The position numbers and the translations under genes were made by a program. A stretch of 64,000 bases of DNA. Origin: a virus. The DNA is taken from positions 50,838 to 114,837 of the IMG/VR virus record IMGVR_UViG_3300007734_000755; one strand, written 5' to 3'. Each line of letters begins with the position of its first letter. Positions within the stretch are counted from its first letter, which is position 1. The notes beneath the pieces are model-generated. The model did not search any database. It was not told the DNA's origin and saw only the letters and a list, made by a program, of their open reading frames with translations. Shown one piece after another: positions 1 to 9,704 of this stretch.

Positions 1-28
1 TTAGCAGTAAATCTTTTCTCTTTGACAT
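1..28 (-). CDS. 5' end of a gene running off the window (MSKRKDLLL...)
   Basis: ATG at 28, GGAGA Shine-Dalgarno at 37-41, CTANTTA element at 56-63. Confidence 0.6.
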
Positions 29-55
29 GTTCTATTTCTCCTAAGAAATCACAAA

Positions 56-63
56 TAAATAGT
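56..63 (-). promoter_or_regulatory. putative late promoter ACTATTTA
   Basis: Member of a recurrent motif; 28 nt upstream of ATG 28. Confidence 0.6.
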
Positions 64-73
64 AGTGAGAATT

Positions 74-325
74 CTAAAAAGCCCAATCTTCGTTCTTTGC
101 GGCCTGTTTAATTTTCTCGATTGCCTTATCTTCGATCTGTTTAATTCTAACGTAGGAAACCCCCATTCTTTTTGAAGCCTCTTCCAGAGTTAGAGATCCG
201 TGTTTTCTTGTGCAGATTAACACACAATTTAAATCATCTGGATATTCTATATAGTTTCTACATTCTGTTTTTAGACAGGGCGTATTTGTCTTCTGGCAAA
301 TTTCATCACAATACATTATGATCAT
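74..325 (-). CDS. stand-alone sigma70 region-4-like HTH protein with Cys-rich N-terminus
   Basis: LTLEEASKRMGVSYVRIKQIEDKAIEKIK matches the sigma region 4.2 pattern (TLEEvG..fgVtRERIRQIE.kAl.KL); six Cys upstream. Confidence 0.75.
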   Translation of the reverse strand: MIIMYCDEICQKTNTPCLKTECRNYIEYPDDLNCVLICTRKHGSLTLEEASKRMGVSYVRIKQIEDKAIEKIKQAAKNEDWAF

Positions 326-648
326 CCTGGGAGAGTTTCGTCGAGGATATCATAGATATCTTCTATCTCCTCGTGGTTTAGATCATACAGTACCTTTGAT
401 TTCTTGGCAAGAACCTCTTGCTTTTCAATGTAGGGCTTCTTTAATCTTCCGGAAATCTTATTCCTTTGCTTATAATTTTCCACAATAGTTCTCGCATTCT
501 CATCCCCAGCTAGATAACTTTCAATAAAGAACTTTATAATTCTAGATGGGTGAGGAAGGTTTTCGAACTTAAGTGAGGAAAGAAACTCTCCATATTCATA
601 TTCACCTAGATTGCATATAATTCTCTTTTGGTAGACTGCCGATTTCAT
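322..648 (-). CDS. hypothetical protein, possibly DNA-binding
   Basis: ORF translationally coupled to both neighbours. Confidence 0.6.
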   Translation of the reverse strand: MKSAVYQKRIICNLGEYEYGEFLSSLKFENLPHPSRIIKFFIESYLAGDENARTIVENYKQRNKISGRLKKPYIEKQEVLAKKSKVLYDLNHEEIEDIYDILDETLPG

Positions 649-1706
649 TATTTATTCCTTAGAAGGATGTGGGTTTCGCTTTCAATGATAGAAGAGTTAG
701 ACTGAAGGGTTATTTTTGCCTTCTTGTGCATATCCTTTATGTTTGACACTCCTGAATATGACAGCCCACTTCTGATTCCTTTTTCAAGATCACTCAAAAT
801 ATCTATAACTGTTCCCTTGTACGGGACTGTTGTCGAAATACCCTCTAGTGACCCTATAGAGCCTCTCCATTTTTGTTGTGCTTCTGGGGATGCCATGCCC
901 TGGTAGATTTTATACTTTCGACCATCTCTTTCCAGAACAACACCGGGGGATTCGTCTGTACCAGCTAAGAGCGAGCCAAGCATAACAAGGTCAGCTCCAG
1001 CAGCGATTGCCTTAACAATATCTCCAGAGTTTCTTATGCCACCATCAGCAATTAATAAGGTCTTAGTTCCCTTCTTTGCCTTTGCGCAGTCCATTATGGC
1101 AGTTATGCTAGGAACTCCGTGTCCAGTCTTTATTCTAGTTTCACAAATGCTCCCATTCCCAATCCCAACCTTAATTGAATCTGCACCCCAATTACTTAGG
1201 TCTCGGAAGCCTTCTCCTGTGGCAACATTTCCAACCATAAGATGGCAATCGTAGAGATATTTCTTCAACACCCTCATTGCGTCCTTAACGAGTATGTGGT
1301 GACCATGTGCAACATCTATGCAAAAGATACGACAACCATTTCTTACTAGCTCCTGGGCTCTCTCCAAATAGTCTCCGGTGATTCCAATTGCACATCCGGC
1401 GTATGGAGCCTTATTAAATAACTCTACTTGTTGAGCAACAGAATTATATCTGTGTATAATTCCTAATCCACCGCACCCAATTATAGCGTTAGCCATCTGG
1501 TCCTCTGTTACTGTATCCATCGGACTAGAAATTATGGGAAGTTCAAGTACTCTGCAATCTTCTGTTAGAAACGGATCATCGTAATCCGTGTTCTTCTCCT
1601 TCTTTCTGATTGGAAATTTTGTTGTTAGGATAATATCCTTCCTCGTCTTTACTTCACTAAACTGTGGCACTAAAAGACAATCATCAAACGTATATGTTTT
1701 TTTCAT
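648..1706 (-). CDS. guaB: IMP dehydrogenase / GMP reductase family, no CBS domains
   Basis: TFDDCLLVP, SSPMDTVT, IDVAHGH, catalytic loop GIGNGSICETR, IADGGI, YQGMAS; guaB versus guaC cannot be resolved by eye. Confidence 0.85.
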   Translation of the reverse strand: MKKTYTFDDCLLVPQFSEVKTRKDIILTTKFPIRKKEKNTDYDDPFLTEDCRVLELPIISSPMDTVTEDQMANAIIGCGGLGIIHRYNSVAQQVELFNKAPYAGCAIGITGDYLERAQELVRNGCRIFCIDVAHGHHILVKDAMRVLKKYLYDCHLMVGNVATGEGFRDLSNWGADSIKVGIGNGSICETRIKTGHGVPSITAIMDCAKAKKGTKTLLIADGGIRNSGDIVKAIAAGADLVMLGSLLAGTDESPGVVLERDGRKYKIYQGMASPEAQQKWRGSIGSLEGISTTVPYKGTVIDILSDLEKGIRSGLSYSGVSNIKDMHKKAKITLQSNSSIIESETHILLRNK

Positions 1707-2033
1707 TTATTTACCTTGAATCCTTTTTATTTCTTCTGTTAGAGATGCTTCATCAAACCCAGATTCTGGGTAAACTAACTCATGGAACTTTTGTCCCTTA
1801 ATATAGTATATTGTTGGGACTCCCTCTTCAACAAACAATTCTGCCAACTCTTCCTCTTCATCAATATCAACCTCACAAAAGTCTAGCTCCTTGAATTTAA
1901 GGGATACGTCTTCGTATAGTTGCTCTATATCCGTACACACTGGGCAGTCGTCACTCTTAAACTTTACCAGGAAGGGTTTCCCCGCGTCAACCATCTTTTT
2001 AAATTTAAACAAATCAAGATCTTTCGGCTTCAT
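1707..2033 (-). CDS. thioredoxin
   Basis: CPVC active site, VDID, GVPT cis-Pro motif. Confidence 0.85.
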   Translation of the reverse strand: MKPKDLDLFKFKKMVDAGKPFLVKFKSDDCPVCTDIEQLYEDVSLKFKELDFCEVDIDEEEELAELFVEEGVPTIYYIKGQKFHELVYPESGFDEASLTEEIKRIQGK

Positions 2034-2283
2034 TTGGTACGGCCTCCTTTGCTTTGTCTATACATTGTGGGCAAAAAAGTCTCACGACGGACTCCTCATA
2101 CTTAACCACTACCACCCAGGTATTGGCCATTTCCCTAGATTTCTTGTCAAATTGGGCAGAACACACGTCACACTTGTCAGGAAGTCTACTAAACATTCCA
2201 ACCTTTTCGGATAGGTCCTTTTCGACTTCCTTTCTTTTCTCCAGTGTTTGGCTTCTTTCTATTTTTTTTAGAAGATTTGACAT
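2014..2283 (-). CDS. hypothetical Zn-finger protein
   Basis: CDVC...CPQC. Confidence 0.6.
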   Translation of the reverse strand: MSNLLKKIERSQTLEKRKEVEKDLSEKVGMFSRLPDKCDVCSAQFDKKSREMANTWVVVVKYEESVVRLFCPQCIDKAKEAVPNEAERS

Positions 2284-2747
2284 TATACTCCAGTAGAACC
2301 AAAGCCGCCATCCTGTCTATTGGATAGGGTAAGAGTCCTAAAATAGAGATCTTCGTTTTCTGGAACCTCAACAAACTCTGGTAGCTTGATTGGGTAGACT
2401 ATAATCTGCGCAATCTTCTCTCCCGGATTTATTTGTTGAGATCCAGAACCAACATTGTGTATGTTAACCATTACTTCTCCAGTGTATCCCGAATCAATAA
2501 TACAGGCTCCGACCAACAATTGTTTTTTGCTTGCTATACCTGACTTATTCTTAACTTCACATACGTGTCCAGACGGGACAGCAATTTTGATTCCTGTTGA
2601 TAACAGTCGTGATTCCCCGGCCCAAATAAGCACGGGCTCTGTCCCGTGATAGAATACGTCAGCTCCCGCATCCGATTTATTTGCCCGATTGGGCAGCTTT
2701 GAATCCTCATAAATTTTCTTAACGTCTATAAACAAATTAACCTCCAT
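2283..2747 (-). CDS. dut: trimeric dUTPase
   Basis: DAGAD, KSG, IIDSGYTGE, KIAQ, RQDGGFGSTG (motifs I-V). Confidence 0.95.
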   Translation of the reverse strand: MEVNLFIDVKKIYEDSKLPNRANKSDAGADVFYHGTEPVLIWAGESRLLSTGIKIAVPSGHVCEVKNKSGIASKKQLLVGACIIDSGYTGEVMVNIHNVGSGSQQINPGEKIAQIIVYPIKLPEFVEVPENEDLYFRTLTLSNRQDGGFGSTGV

Positions 2748-2762
2748 TGGTGTTGTCCAAGG

Positions 2763-2791
2763 AGGTTAACATGGTCTTACTTGTCTGTCAA
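2763..2791 (-). promoter_or_regulatory. sigma70-type promoter for the dut-trx-guaB operon
   Basis: TTGACA-N17-TAACCT with extended TGn. Confidence 0.7.
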
Positions 2792-2795
2792 TCGC

Positions 2796-3611
2796 TTAGA
2801 CGTAAGATCCTGAGGATAGAACGACAAATACCCCAGCGACCGGAGTATGTGATTCCTTGGCAGACGATGAAAATTCGACAATTATTCCACCAGCAGTGTT
2901 TATTGTTCCCGTGGCAATCAAGAAGGCTTTTCTGTATAAGGCCGAAGATAGATCCGTTGCTGACGCAGTAGCCACGCTCCCTGTTGGACCGAACGAGGTG
3001 TTAGACCCGGTCGCAACCTTGGAAGCAAATACCGAAGCGTCTGACGGCTTTATTAATCTGATCTGATCTCCAGAGGTCATTTGACCCGCAACATAGACCA
3101 CTAGGTGTGATGGGGTTCCAGCTCCAGTGATTGCTGCGCCAAACTTGATTGAGGCAGTAGCTGTGGTTCCGCCCAAATAGTAGGGGACGTATGCTGATTG
3201 TGGGCCATCGTTACTGTAGATGATGACCGGAGAAACAGGGGCATTAGACTTAGAACAATCCGTTTGAACTGCGCCGACAAGTGGGAAATAGTAATGCTTT
3301 GCTGCCGAACTTAGACCAACCGCGCCGCTTAGTGAGGATGAAAGAAACGCACCAACATTGGTAACTTCTCCAGAGAGTCCGGCATAAGTCCACGCACCAT
3401 CGGCATTTGACACGGCATCACTCAATTGCGTAGCTGATGCCGCAGTAAAGGTTGGAGAGGTTCCTGCCTTACCATATAGAGCAGTGTTTACAAGGGCCGC
3501 TTGGTTGGCAGCAACGCCTCTATCCACTTCTGAAACGTTGGTATACCCAGCCGGGTGCAATACGTTATTATATACTGCCGCAGCCTTTCTTTTTCTGTGT
3601 CCACTTGCCAT
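2796..3611 (-). CDS. Ala/Ser/Gly/Thr-rich putative virion protein
   Basis: Structural-protein composition; AGGAG SD; ACTATTTA at 3636-3643. Confidence 0.6.
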   Translation of the reverse strand: MASGHRKRKAAAVYNNVLHPAGYTNVSEVDRGVAANQAALVNTALYGKAGTSPTFTAASATQLSDAVSNADGAWTYAGLSGEVTNVGAFLSSSLSGAVGLSSAAKHYYFPLVGAVQTDCSKSNAPVSPVIIYSNDGPQSAYVPYYLGGTTATASIKFGAAITGAGTPSHLVVYVAGQMTSGDQIRLIKPSDASVFASKVATGSNTSFGPTGSVATASATDLSSALYRKAFLIATGTINTAGGIIVEFSSSAKESHTPVAGVFVVLSSGSYV

Positions 3612-3635
3612 TCTTCGATCTCCTAAGTTCAGTAG

Positions 3636-3643
3636 TAAATAGT
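3636..3643 (-). promoter_or_regulatory. putative late promoter ACTATTTA
   Basis: Recurrent motif, 25 nt upstream of ATG 3611. Confidence 0.6.
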
Positions 3644-3661
3644 ATTATAAAACGCGAAATA

Positions 3662-6600
3662 CTATCCGACCATCTTCCAATTCTTAGAAATGCCCATACA
3701 AGAATAGCTCTTATAGTTCTCATCATAATCTAGTTTGGCAACATATGGTCTGTTTAAATAGATTAAATCCTTTTCAAGATCTACTCCCCAGCACTTTATT
3801 TCAAACGTCTTTGAGGAATCATCCGCTACCTGCACTGCATAATAGTTCTTGCTATTTTTTGACTTCTTTACCTCAAAGGACATTGGGATAAACCAACAAA
3901 CTCCAAGTTCTGCATCAAACTTGGAGATCGGATAAATCATCTTATCGTCCAATCTCTTATAAAGTTTAGGATCCATAACCAACTCTATGGGGAAGAATCC
4001 CAACAACTCCTTACAATTCTGTATTACCTCGGCCTTTGAGAAGTCTCCCTCTGACTTATAGAGCTCAATATATTCATCAAACTTCTTCTTTGTCTTTGGT
4101 CTTTCTGCGCTAAACGACATCCAAAAATGCTTTGTTCCTGTAAATCGATTGTCTATCAAACAATCCAGCGCTCCGCATCTGGCAAGAGCATCAAACCCTC
4201 TCTTGTTGAGCTTGGAATAAACAATGTCCTCGTTGAAAAGCATTTCATCAATCGTCTTGAATGGCCGATTATTTAGGACTTGTTCGACAGCCTTATCTCC
4301 CAATCCCTTGATTGAGTTTAAAGGTTGATAATAAGTCTTACCATCGGTTGAAACACGCCATTTATCTCCAGAATTATTGATATTTGGGGACTCAATTTTA
4401 TAACCCAGAGACTTAATAGTAGAAATGGCCTTAGCCTTTCCATCATCATCCTTGGTTTCTTCATCTAGGTACGACGCAATCCATTCAGATGGATGATAAG
4501 TAAGAAGGTATGCACACTGATAGGAAAGGATGCTATAACAAACGGCATGAGATTTATTAAAGCCGTAACCAGAGAAGAACTCAAAGGTTTGCCATAGCCT
4601 CTCCGCATCATCAACTTGAATATTCTTTTCAGCACATCCTTCCATAAACTTAACATAAATCCCGTCCTTTACTTCATGACCCTTTCCGGTGCCCTTCTTG
4701 GTAAGTAGTTTTCTAAGTAGATTGCCCTCGTCAAGAGACAAGTCCTTTCCTAGCTTGTGGGCAATCAACGCAATCTGTTCCTGAAAGATGAGAAATCCAA
4801 AGGTCTCCCTTGTTATTTCTTCTACAATTGGATGCAGGTATGAAATACTTTCCGGAGATTCCTTGGCCTTAACATAGTTCTCGTCAACCTTAGCCGATAA
4901 CGGGCCTGGTCTAAAGATCGAGGTTACTGCCGATAGGTCAATGATACTCGTTGGCTTTGCCTTCTTACAAAACTCCTGCGCGCCTCTTTCTGCAAATTGA
5001 AAGACTCCAACCCAGCTTCCGTCATGAAATACGTTTTTATAAACTTTTTGGTCATCAAAGTTTATGACTGACGGGTGTAGTTTTTTATCATAGAAATCTC
5101 TTATCTCCTTAAATGTTGGAGATGGATTTCCGTTCTTGACGAGGATCCTAGAAATAGTATTTTCTATTAGTCGAAGGGTTGTTAATCCAAGAATGTCGAA
5201 CTTGATAAACCCTAGAGGCTCCAAGTGTCTTACATTCTGGCCCTCACTCCATGGGGTTTGTGTAACACCGCCAGAATTTATCAGCGGCATATATCTTGAG
5301 ATATTTTCAGATACAATTACGCCACCAGCGTGCCTACTCGCACTTCTCACTTGTCCCTGTAAGACACCAATGCTCGTCTTTATATCTGGATATTTCGTAA
5401 GAAAGCCTTGCAGGCTTTCTGAATATTCCATCAACTCCTCAAAGGTTGGCACGTACTTACCAGCAGTTAGCCCGTGTTTTTCCTTTGCGGCAACCATCGC
5501 TTCCTTTTCCATCACTGATGTTACATCATTTACTTCCTGATATGGAACGCTATAAAGTTTTGAGAGATCCTTGATAAGAGAACGAAGTTGTAGAGTGTTC
5601 CAGTTTGAAATTGGAACAACGCTGTCATTTCCCCATTCATCAATAAGCATCTGTTTCAATGCCATTGGATCAGAGGTATCAAAGTCGATATCTGGATAAT
5701 CCTTTGCGTTTTTTTGTAGGAACCGGCTAAACAACAGACCGTATTTAATTGGATCTAGTTGAGTGATATTCAGCAAATATGATACCAAGGAACCTGCTGC
5801 CGATCCTCTACCTGCTCCGACTAGCTGATTCTCCACTGCCTTATCGGCAATAGCCTTCATTGTCAGAAAGTACTTAGAGAATCCGCGATCCTTAATAATC
5901 GATAATTCTTCTCTTATTCTTTCAATATATTGCTTATTGGTTCCAAAGCCAAATTTCTTCATTGATTCAGAACACATTTCAACAAGGGCCTGAAAGTCAG
6001 TCTTGCCCTCTGGCACAACAAAGCTTGGAAGTCTCACCGATGAGTCTGGCAGAAAGGATTCAATATGAGCGTGAGCAATTTCATAGGAGTTTTCGATTGA
6101 TTCAAGTACTACTTGATCGTCATAATCACAACCTACCTGTTCCGAATACTTCTTGTATGCATCCCACATTTGTTGCCCGTTCTTGGGGTACAGCTCACAC
6201 TTAAGATCTTCACGGCTCTTGGGAAGAGTTTCTAGAGAGAGATTCTTTGATCCAAGCCAACCAAGCATCTTATAAATTTCTCTTTCCTTCCACAACTCTG
6301 GTCTTGGATAATGGCTATCGCAGGTTGATACGAGCTTAACCCCGTTCTCTTTTGCAACGGAGATGATAAGGTTGTTGATGCTGTGTTGTTCTGAGTAGGC
6401 ATTCCATTGTAATTCGCAATAGAATCTGTCTGAAAAGATTTCCTTAAAACTCTTAACAGTTTTATTCATCTCCTCGAATACTTTTTCTTCTCCCTGCTCC
6501 TTGTAGGCCCAAAACGATTTGGATAAAATCCCACCCATGCAGGCAGAAAGAACTATTACCCCCTCGTTATGTTCCTTCAACATTTCGTAGTCGATTCTTG

Positions 6601-7075
6601 GAAATCTGTAAAAATTTCCTGGTCTGTAAGATTTTGATACTAGTTGATAGATATTAGACAGACCTACTGGGTTTTGTGCCAGCAGTACAAGATGCGCTCT
6701 GAAATTTAGAGAATTCTTTTCCAGTTGCTTGGATTCCTCTTCGTCTTCTACTACTACACCGCTCTCCTCATTGTCATCCTTCTTTGTCTTCTTATCTGCC
6801 TTGCTTTTATCATAGGCGACTTTCCAATCTGATATAGATGGGACAAAATAAGCCTCAACTCCGAAGATTGGCTTGAAGGTCTTTCCCTCGGCCGCTAATT
6901 TCTTTGAGTGCAAAACTTGATATGACAGGCCGTTCATGTTACCGTGATCTGTTAGTGCTAGGGCATCTGCTCCATTCTCCATGGCATAATCAATATGCTG
7001 GGAGGGGTAGCCTAGGCCATCAAAAACACTGAAGGTTGAGTGTCCGTGCAGGTTGGTGAATTTAATATTTGGCAT
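3662..7075 (-). CDS. dnaE: DNA polymerase III alpha subunit (family C)
   Basis: PHP domain (HGHSTFS, LTDHG, DSHY), GRGSAAGS, PDIDFD, HAGG, KFDILGL, YGFNKSHA. Confidence 0.97.
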   Translation of the reverse strand: MPNIKFTNLHGHSTFSVFDGLGYPSQHIDYAMENGADALALTDHGNMNGLSYQVLHSKKLAAEGKTFKPIFGVEAYFVPSISDWKVAYDKSKADKKTKKDDNEESGVVVEDEEESKQLEKNSLNFRAHLVLLAQNPVGLSNIYQLVSKSYRPGNFYRFPRIDYEMLKEHNEGVIVLSACMGGILSKSFWAYKEQGEEKVFEEMNKTVKSFKEIFSDRFYCELQWNAYSEQHSINNLIISVAKENGVKLVSTCDSHYPRPELWKEREIYKMLGWLGSKNLSLETLPKSREDLKCELYPKNGQQMWDAYKKYSEQVGCDYDDQVVLESIENSYEIAHAHIESFLPDSSVRLPSFVVPEGKTDFQALVEMCSESMKKFGFGTNKQYIERIREELSIIKDRGFSKYFLTMKAIADKAVENQLVGAGRGSAAGSLVSYLLNITQLDPIKYGLLFSRFLQKNAKDYPDIDFDTSDPMALKQMLIDEWGNDSVVPISNWNTLQLRSLIKDLSKLYSVPYQEVNDVTSVMEKEAMVAAKEKHGLTAGKYVPTFEELMEYSESLQGFLTKYPDIKTSIGVLQGQVRSASRHAGGVIVSENISRYMPLINSGGVTQTPWSEGQNVRHLEPLGFIKFDILGLTTLRLIENTISRILVKNGNPSPTFKEIRDFYDKKLHPSVINFDDQKVYKNVFHDGSWVGVFQFAERGAQEFCKKAKPTSIIDLSAVTSIFRPGPLSAKVDENYVKAKESPESISYLHPIVEEITRETFGFLIFQEQIALIAHKLGKDLSLDEGNLLRKLLTKKGTGKGHEVKDGIYVKFMEGCAEKNIQVDDAERLWQTFEFFSGYGFNKSHAVCYSILSYQCAYLLTYHPSEWIASYLDEETKDDDGKAKAISTIKSLGYKIESPNINNSGDKWRVSTDGKTYYQPLNSIKGLGDKAVEQVLNNRPFKTIDEMLFNEDIVYSKLNKRGFDALARCGALDCLIDNRFTGTKHFWMSFSAERPKTKKKFDEYIELYKSEGDFSKAEVIQNCKELLGFFPIELVMDPKLYKRLDDKMIYPISKFDAELGVCWFIPMSFEVKKSKNSKNYYAVQVADDSSKTFEIKCWGVDLEKDLIYLNRPYVAKLDYDENYKSYSCMGISKNWKMVG

Positions 7076-7394
7076 TTTGTCCTGTGTTGCTTGGGTTGTC
7101 TAATTGTTCGCTAAGAGCGAAAATTTGATTCGATAAAATCTTCTCTTTATTTCTTAACTCACACTCCATCATATAAAATCTTTGGGCTTGTTGCACATGT
7201 CTCTTTTTTTCTTCTTGAAGTTCTTCGTAAAGCTTTCCATAGAGAGTATTTTCTGGTTCTACCAGACAAAGGACCGAATTTATGTTGTTCATCAACTCAT
7301 AAGCTTCTTCAAATGTCATAGTAACGGGACGCCCGTTTATTGGAACTGTGAGACGTTTGTATTCTTCATGCTGAGAAAGCCCGTTATACATCAA
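7062..7394 (-). CDS. hypothetical coiled-coil protein
   Basis: ORF in operon. Confidence 0.55.
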   Translation of the reverse strand: MMYNGLSQHEEYKRLTVPINGRPVTMTFEEAYELMNNINSVLCLVEPENTLYGKLYEELQEEKKRHVQQAQRFYMMECELRNKEKILSNQIFALSEQLDNPSNTGQNAKY

Positions 7395-8565
7395 CCGCTC
7401 CTCTTACTTCTGAATTATAGGCAAAAATTTCTGCTATCGTTGCCGACTCTCTTTCTCCTAATTCCTTTGGAAGCTCTTTTCCGCCCGATAGGCGATTCCA
7501 GGCCAATCTTAACTCATCTCTATTAAGAGAGCCAACGTGGCATATAGAGGATAATCTACCTGGTCTTTTCATAGCATCATCTATCTGAACTATCGGCTGA
7601 TTTGTCGTGATTAACAATCTTATGTTGCAAACGTCTCCGAGGATGCCATCTCCCATGTTTAGAGCTGCTGAAATGGCATCGATGGAATCCTTCATTCTCT
7701 CCTTTACCAAGATATCTGCGTCCTCAAGAATAAGAACCATTGGACGATTTTCCTTCTTGTGTGATAGCAACGCAGGTAACATATCCGGCTCTCCAAGTTT
7801 CGCAACGAGAGAGGGAGGAACGATAACAAACGAACAATGCTTCCCAAGCTCGGCAATTATAGAACGAATCAGATAGGTCTTCCCTGTTCCCGGAGGGCCA
7901 CTGAGAATACTAATCTTCCCCGTTGGGAATTCTTTCTTTAATTCATCAGATAAAAAGATTTTTTGTTTTTGAAGCTCAGCTGAATAATACTCTGGCGTAA
8001 ATGCACACCCTACCTTGCCAGTTTTTTGGATCGAAATCCCCTCTATAGAGGACAACATCATACCGACTGAACTCTTATTCTTGTCCTCTGCCGGCGGCTT
8101 CTTAAACGGGAGAAAAACTCTCTTGAGAGAGTCGAACATATCTTTGTTTGTTGTACGAAGTGATATGTATTGATACTTCCCGGAATAATTCGATCCCTTT
8201 TGATAGACAACGTTTGTATCCCCACTCTCGTTCACGAAGATGGCACACTCTACAGGATCCTCATCAGAATCCACAATTTCATCGTATTCAGATACTAGGT
8301 CTTGCTCTTCCGAGGAATACAACTCAGCCATATTGAATTTGTATTCTGCCAGTGCTTCCTCGACCTTAGAGTGGGAAAGAGTGGTCGATACCATAAACGT
8401 TCTTAGAGTCTTTTTTTCATTAACTGCCTTTTGCAGGAAGGCATCATCAAATATCCCAGCACCGCGCTCGGTTCTCCCGGCAAATCCATATTGAAACCAC
8501 GGAAGGTTTGTAACCTTTTTTGAAGAAAGTTTATTAAACTGATTCTCTGTCGTATTCATATTCAC
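7384..8565 (-). CDS. AAA+ ATPase
   Basis: GPPGTGKT, LILEDAD, TTN sensor 1, RPGR arginine finger. Confidence 0.9.
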   Translation of the reverse strand: MNMNTTENQFNKLSSKKVTNLPWFQYGFAGRTERGAGIFDDAFLQKAVNEKKTLRTFMVSTTLSHSKVEEALAEYKFNMAELYSSEEQDLVSEYDEIVDSDEDPVECAIFVNESGDTNVVYQKGSNYSGKYQYISLRTTNKDMFDSLKRVFLPFKKPPAEDKNKSSVGMMLSSIEGISIQKTGKVGCAFTPEYYSAELQKQKIFLSDELKKEFPTGKISILSGPPGTGKTYLIRSIIAELGKHCSFVIVPPSLVAKLGEPDMLPALLSHKKENRPMVLILEDADILVKERMKDSIDAISAALNMGDGILGDVCNIRLLITTNQPIVQIDDAMKRPGRLSSICHVGSLNRDELRLAWNRLSGGKELPKELGERESATIAEIFAYNSEVRGAVDV

Positions 8566-8794
8566 ATTCCTTAAGCTCTTCGTAGTAATTGTTTAATTCG
8601 TTTTCAAATGAGAGTGAACATTCCTCGATTATGGCAGACACTAGATCTCTATACTCAAATGGAAGAGAATAAAAATCCTTCTTGAGTGCATCTGGCACCT
8701 GGTTTTTTAACATTATTGAACTCCAAATCCATTCTGGTCTAATCTTCGGGTTGGAGATCCCCGGTAATTCTGTCATAATCATCAAATACTCCAC
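8534..8794 (-). CDS. hypothetical protein
   Basis: ORF in operon. Confidence 0.5.
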   Translation of the reverse strand: MEYLMIMTELPGISNPKIRPEWIWSSIMLKNQVPDALKKDFYSLPFEYRDLVSAIIEECSLSFENELNNYYEELKECEYEYDRESV

Positions 8795-9704
8795 AGTCTA
8801 TTAATCTTTCTTCAAGATCTTTTATTTTGTTATAGCGAAAGTATTTAATCTTCCTTTGCATCTTATAGTGATAATTGGAAGAAATATACTTGACATACCC
8901 ATCCCAAGTCGAAATATCATGTATTCTATACCCAGGAAGGATGGTCGCTCCCTCTAGTGTAGCACAGCTGAACACCTCGTCAAGCCGGATATCTTTGTTA
9001 GAAACTCTCTCGCTCGGATTCCTTCTCTTTAAAAGCTTCAAATCTATTTGTTCACTGGAAATTCCAGTGTATTTCCATTCCCCAATAACCAGAGAATCAA
9101 GATTCTTCTTAAACTGAGGCAACTCTTCTCTAAAAAACGTAAACCCAATAGGAACCCCGTCTCTGATAGACTTGCCTTCTAGGGTAAAATAGAAATTATT
9201 TTTTGAACTTTTAATTCTTTTTCTAAATCTCTGCAATTTCCAGGGTGAATAAACTGTGTGTGGGAATGAAACATAAAACTTATCTGGCTTTATGAAACCA
9301 GATAGTTTCCCAGAGATTTTTAGAGCATAGTCCGCTCCAATTAGAATAGATGATGCGTAGCAATCCTTCTTACCCACATCTCTTACTGGTACTGAGGCAT
9401 ACCAGATTGGTATCCTCATCTTGAAATTGTTCTTAAATTCTACTGGAAGCTGAGCAAGTATGGGATCTTCTACCCATTCGCCCACGACTGTTTTCATGAG
9501 AGGAACATACCTCTTGTCCACTATTACCCAAATAGAGTTACATCCTGCTATGGCACACTCCAAGACACTTCTGTGGAGGGCCGTATAATTCTTATTCAGA
9601 GGAGAGAGAGAACTCGGCCACGGGAGTCCATCATTTGATGGACCATTCTGTATTGGAATGATCCCAACCAAGTGGTTTGCGTAAATTCCCGGCAATCTTT
9701 CCAT
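8739..9704 (-). CDS. divergent sugar-phosphate nucleotidyltransferase-fold protein
   Basis: N-terminal GIIP...P.SLSPL...ALHRSV.ECAIAGC.SIWVIV pattern, but without the GxGTR signature; GAGGA SD. Confidence 0.5.
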   Translation of the reverse strand: MERLPGIYANHLVGIIPIQNGPSNDGLPWPSSLSPLNKNYTALHRSVLECAIAGCNSIWVIVDKRYVPLMKTVVGEWVEDPILAQLPVEFKNNFKMRIPIWYASVPVRDVGKKDCYASSILIGADYALKISGKLSGFIKPDKFYVSFPHTVYSPWKLQRFRKRIKSSKNNFYFTLEGKSIRDGVPIGFTFFREELPQFKKNLDSLVIGEWKYTGISSEQIDLKLLKRRNPSERVSNKDIRLDEVFSCATLEGATILPGYRIHDISTWDGYVKYISSNYHYKMQRKIKYFRYNKIKDLEERLIDCGVFDDYDRITGDLQPED

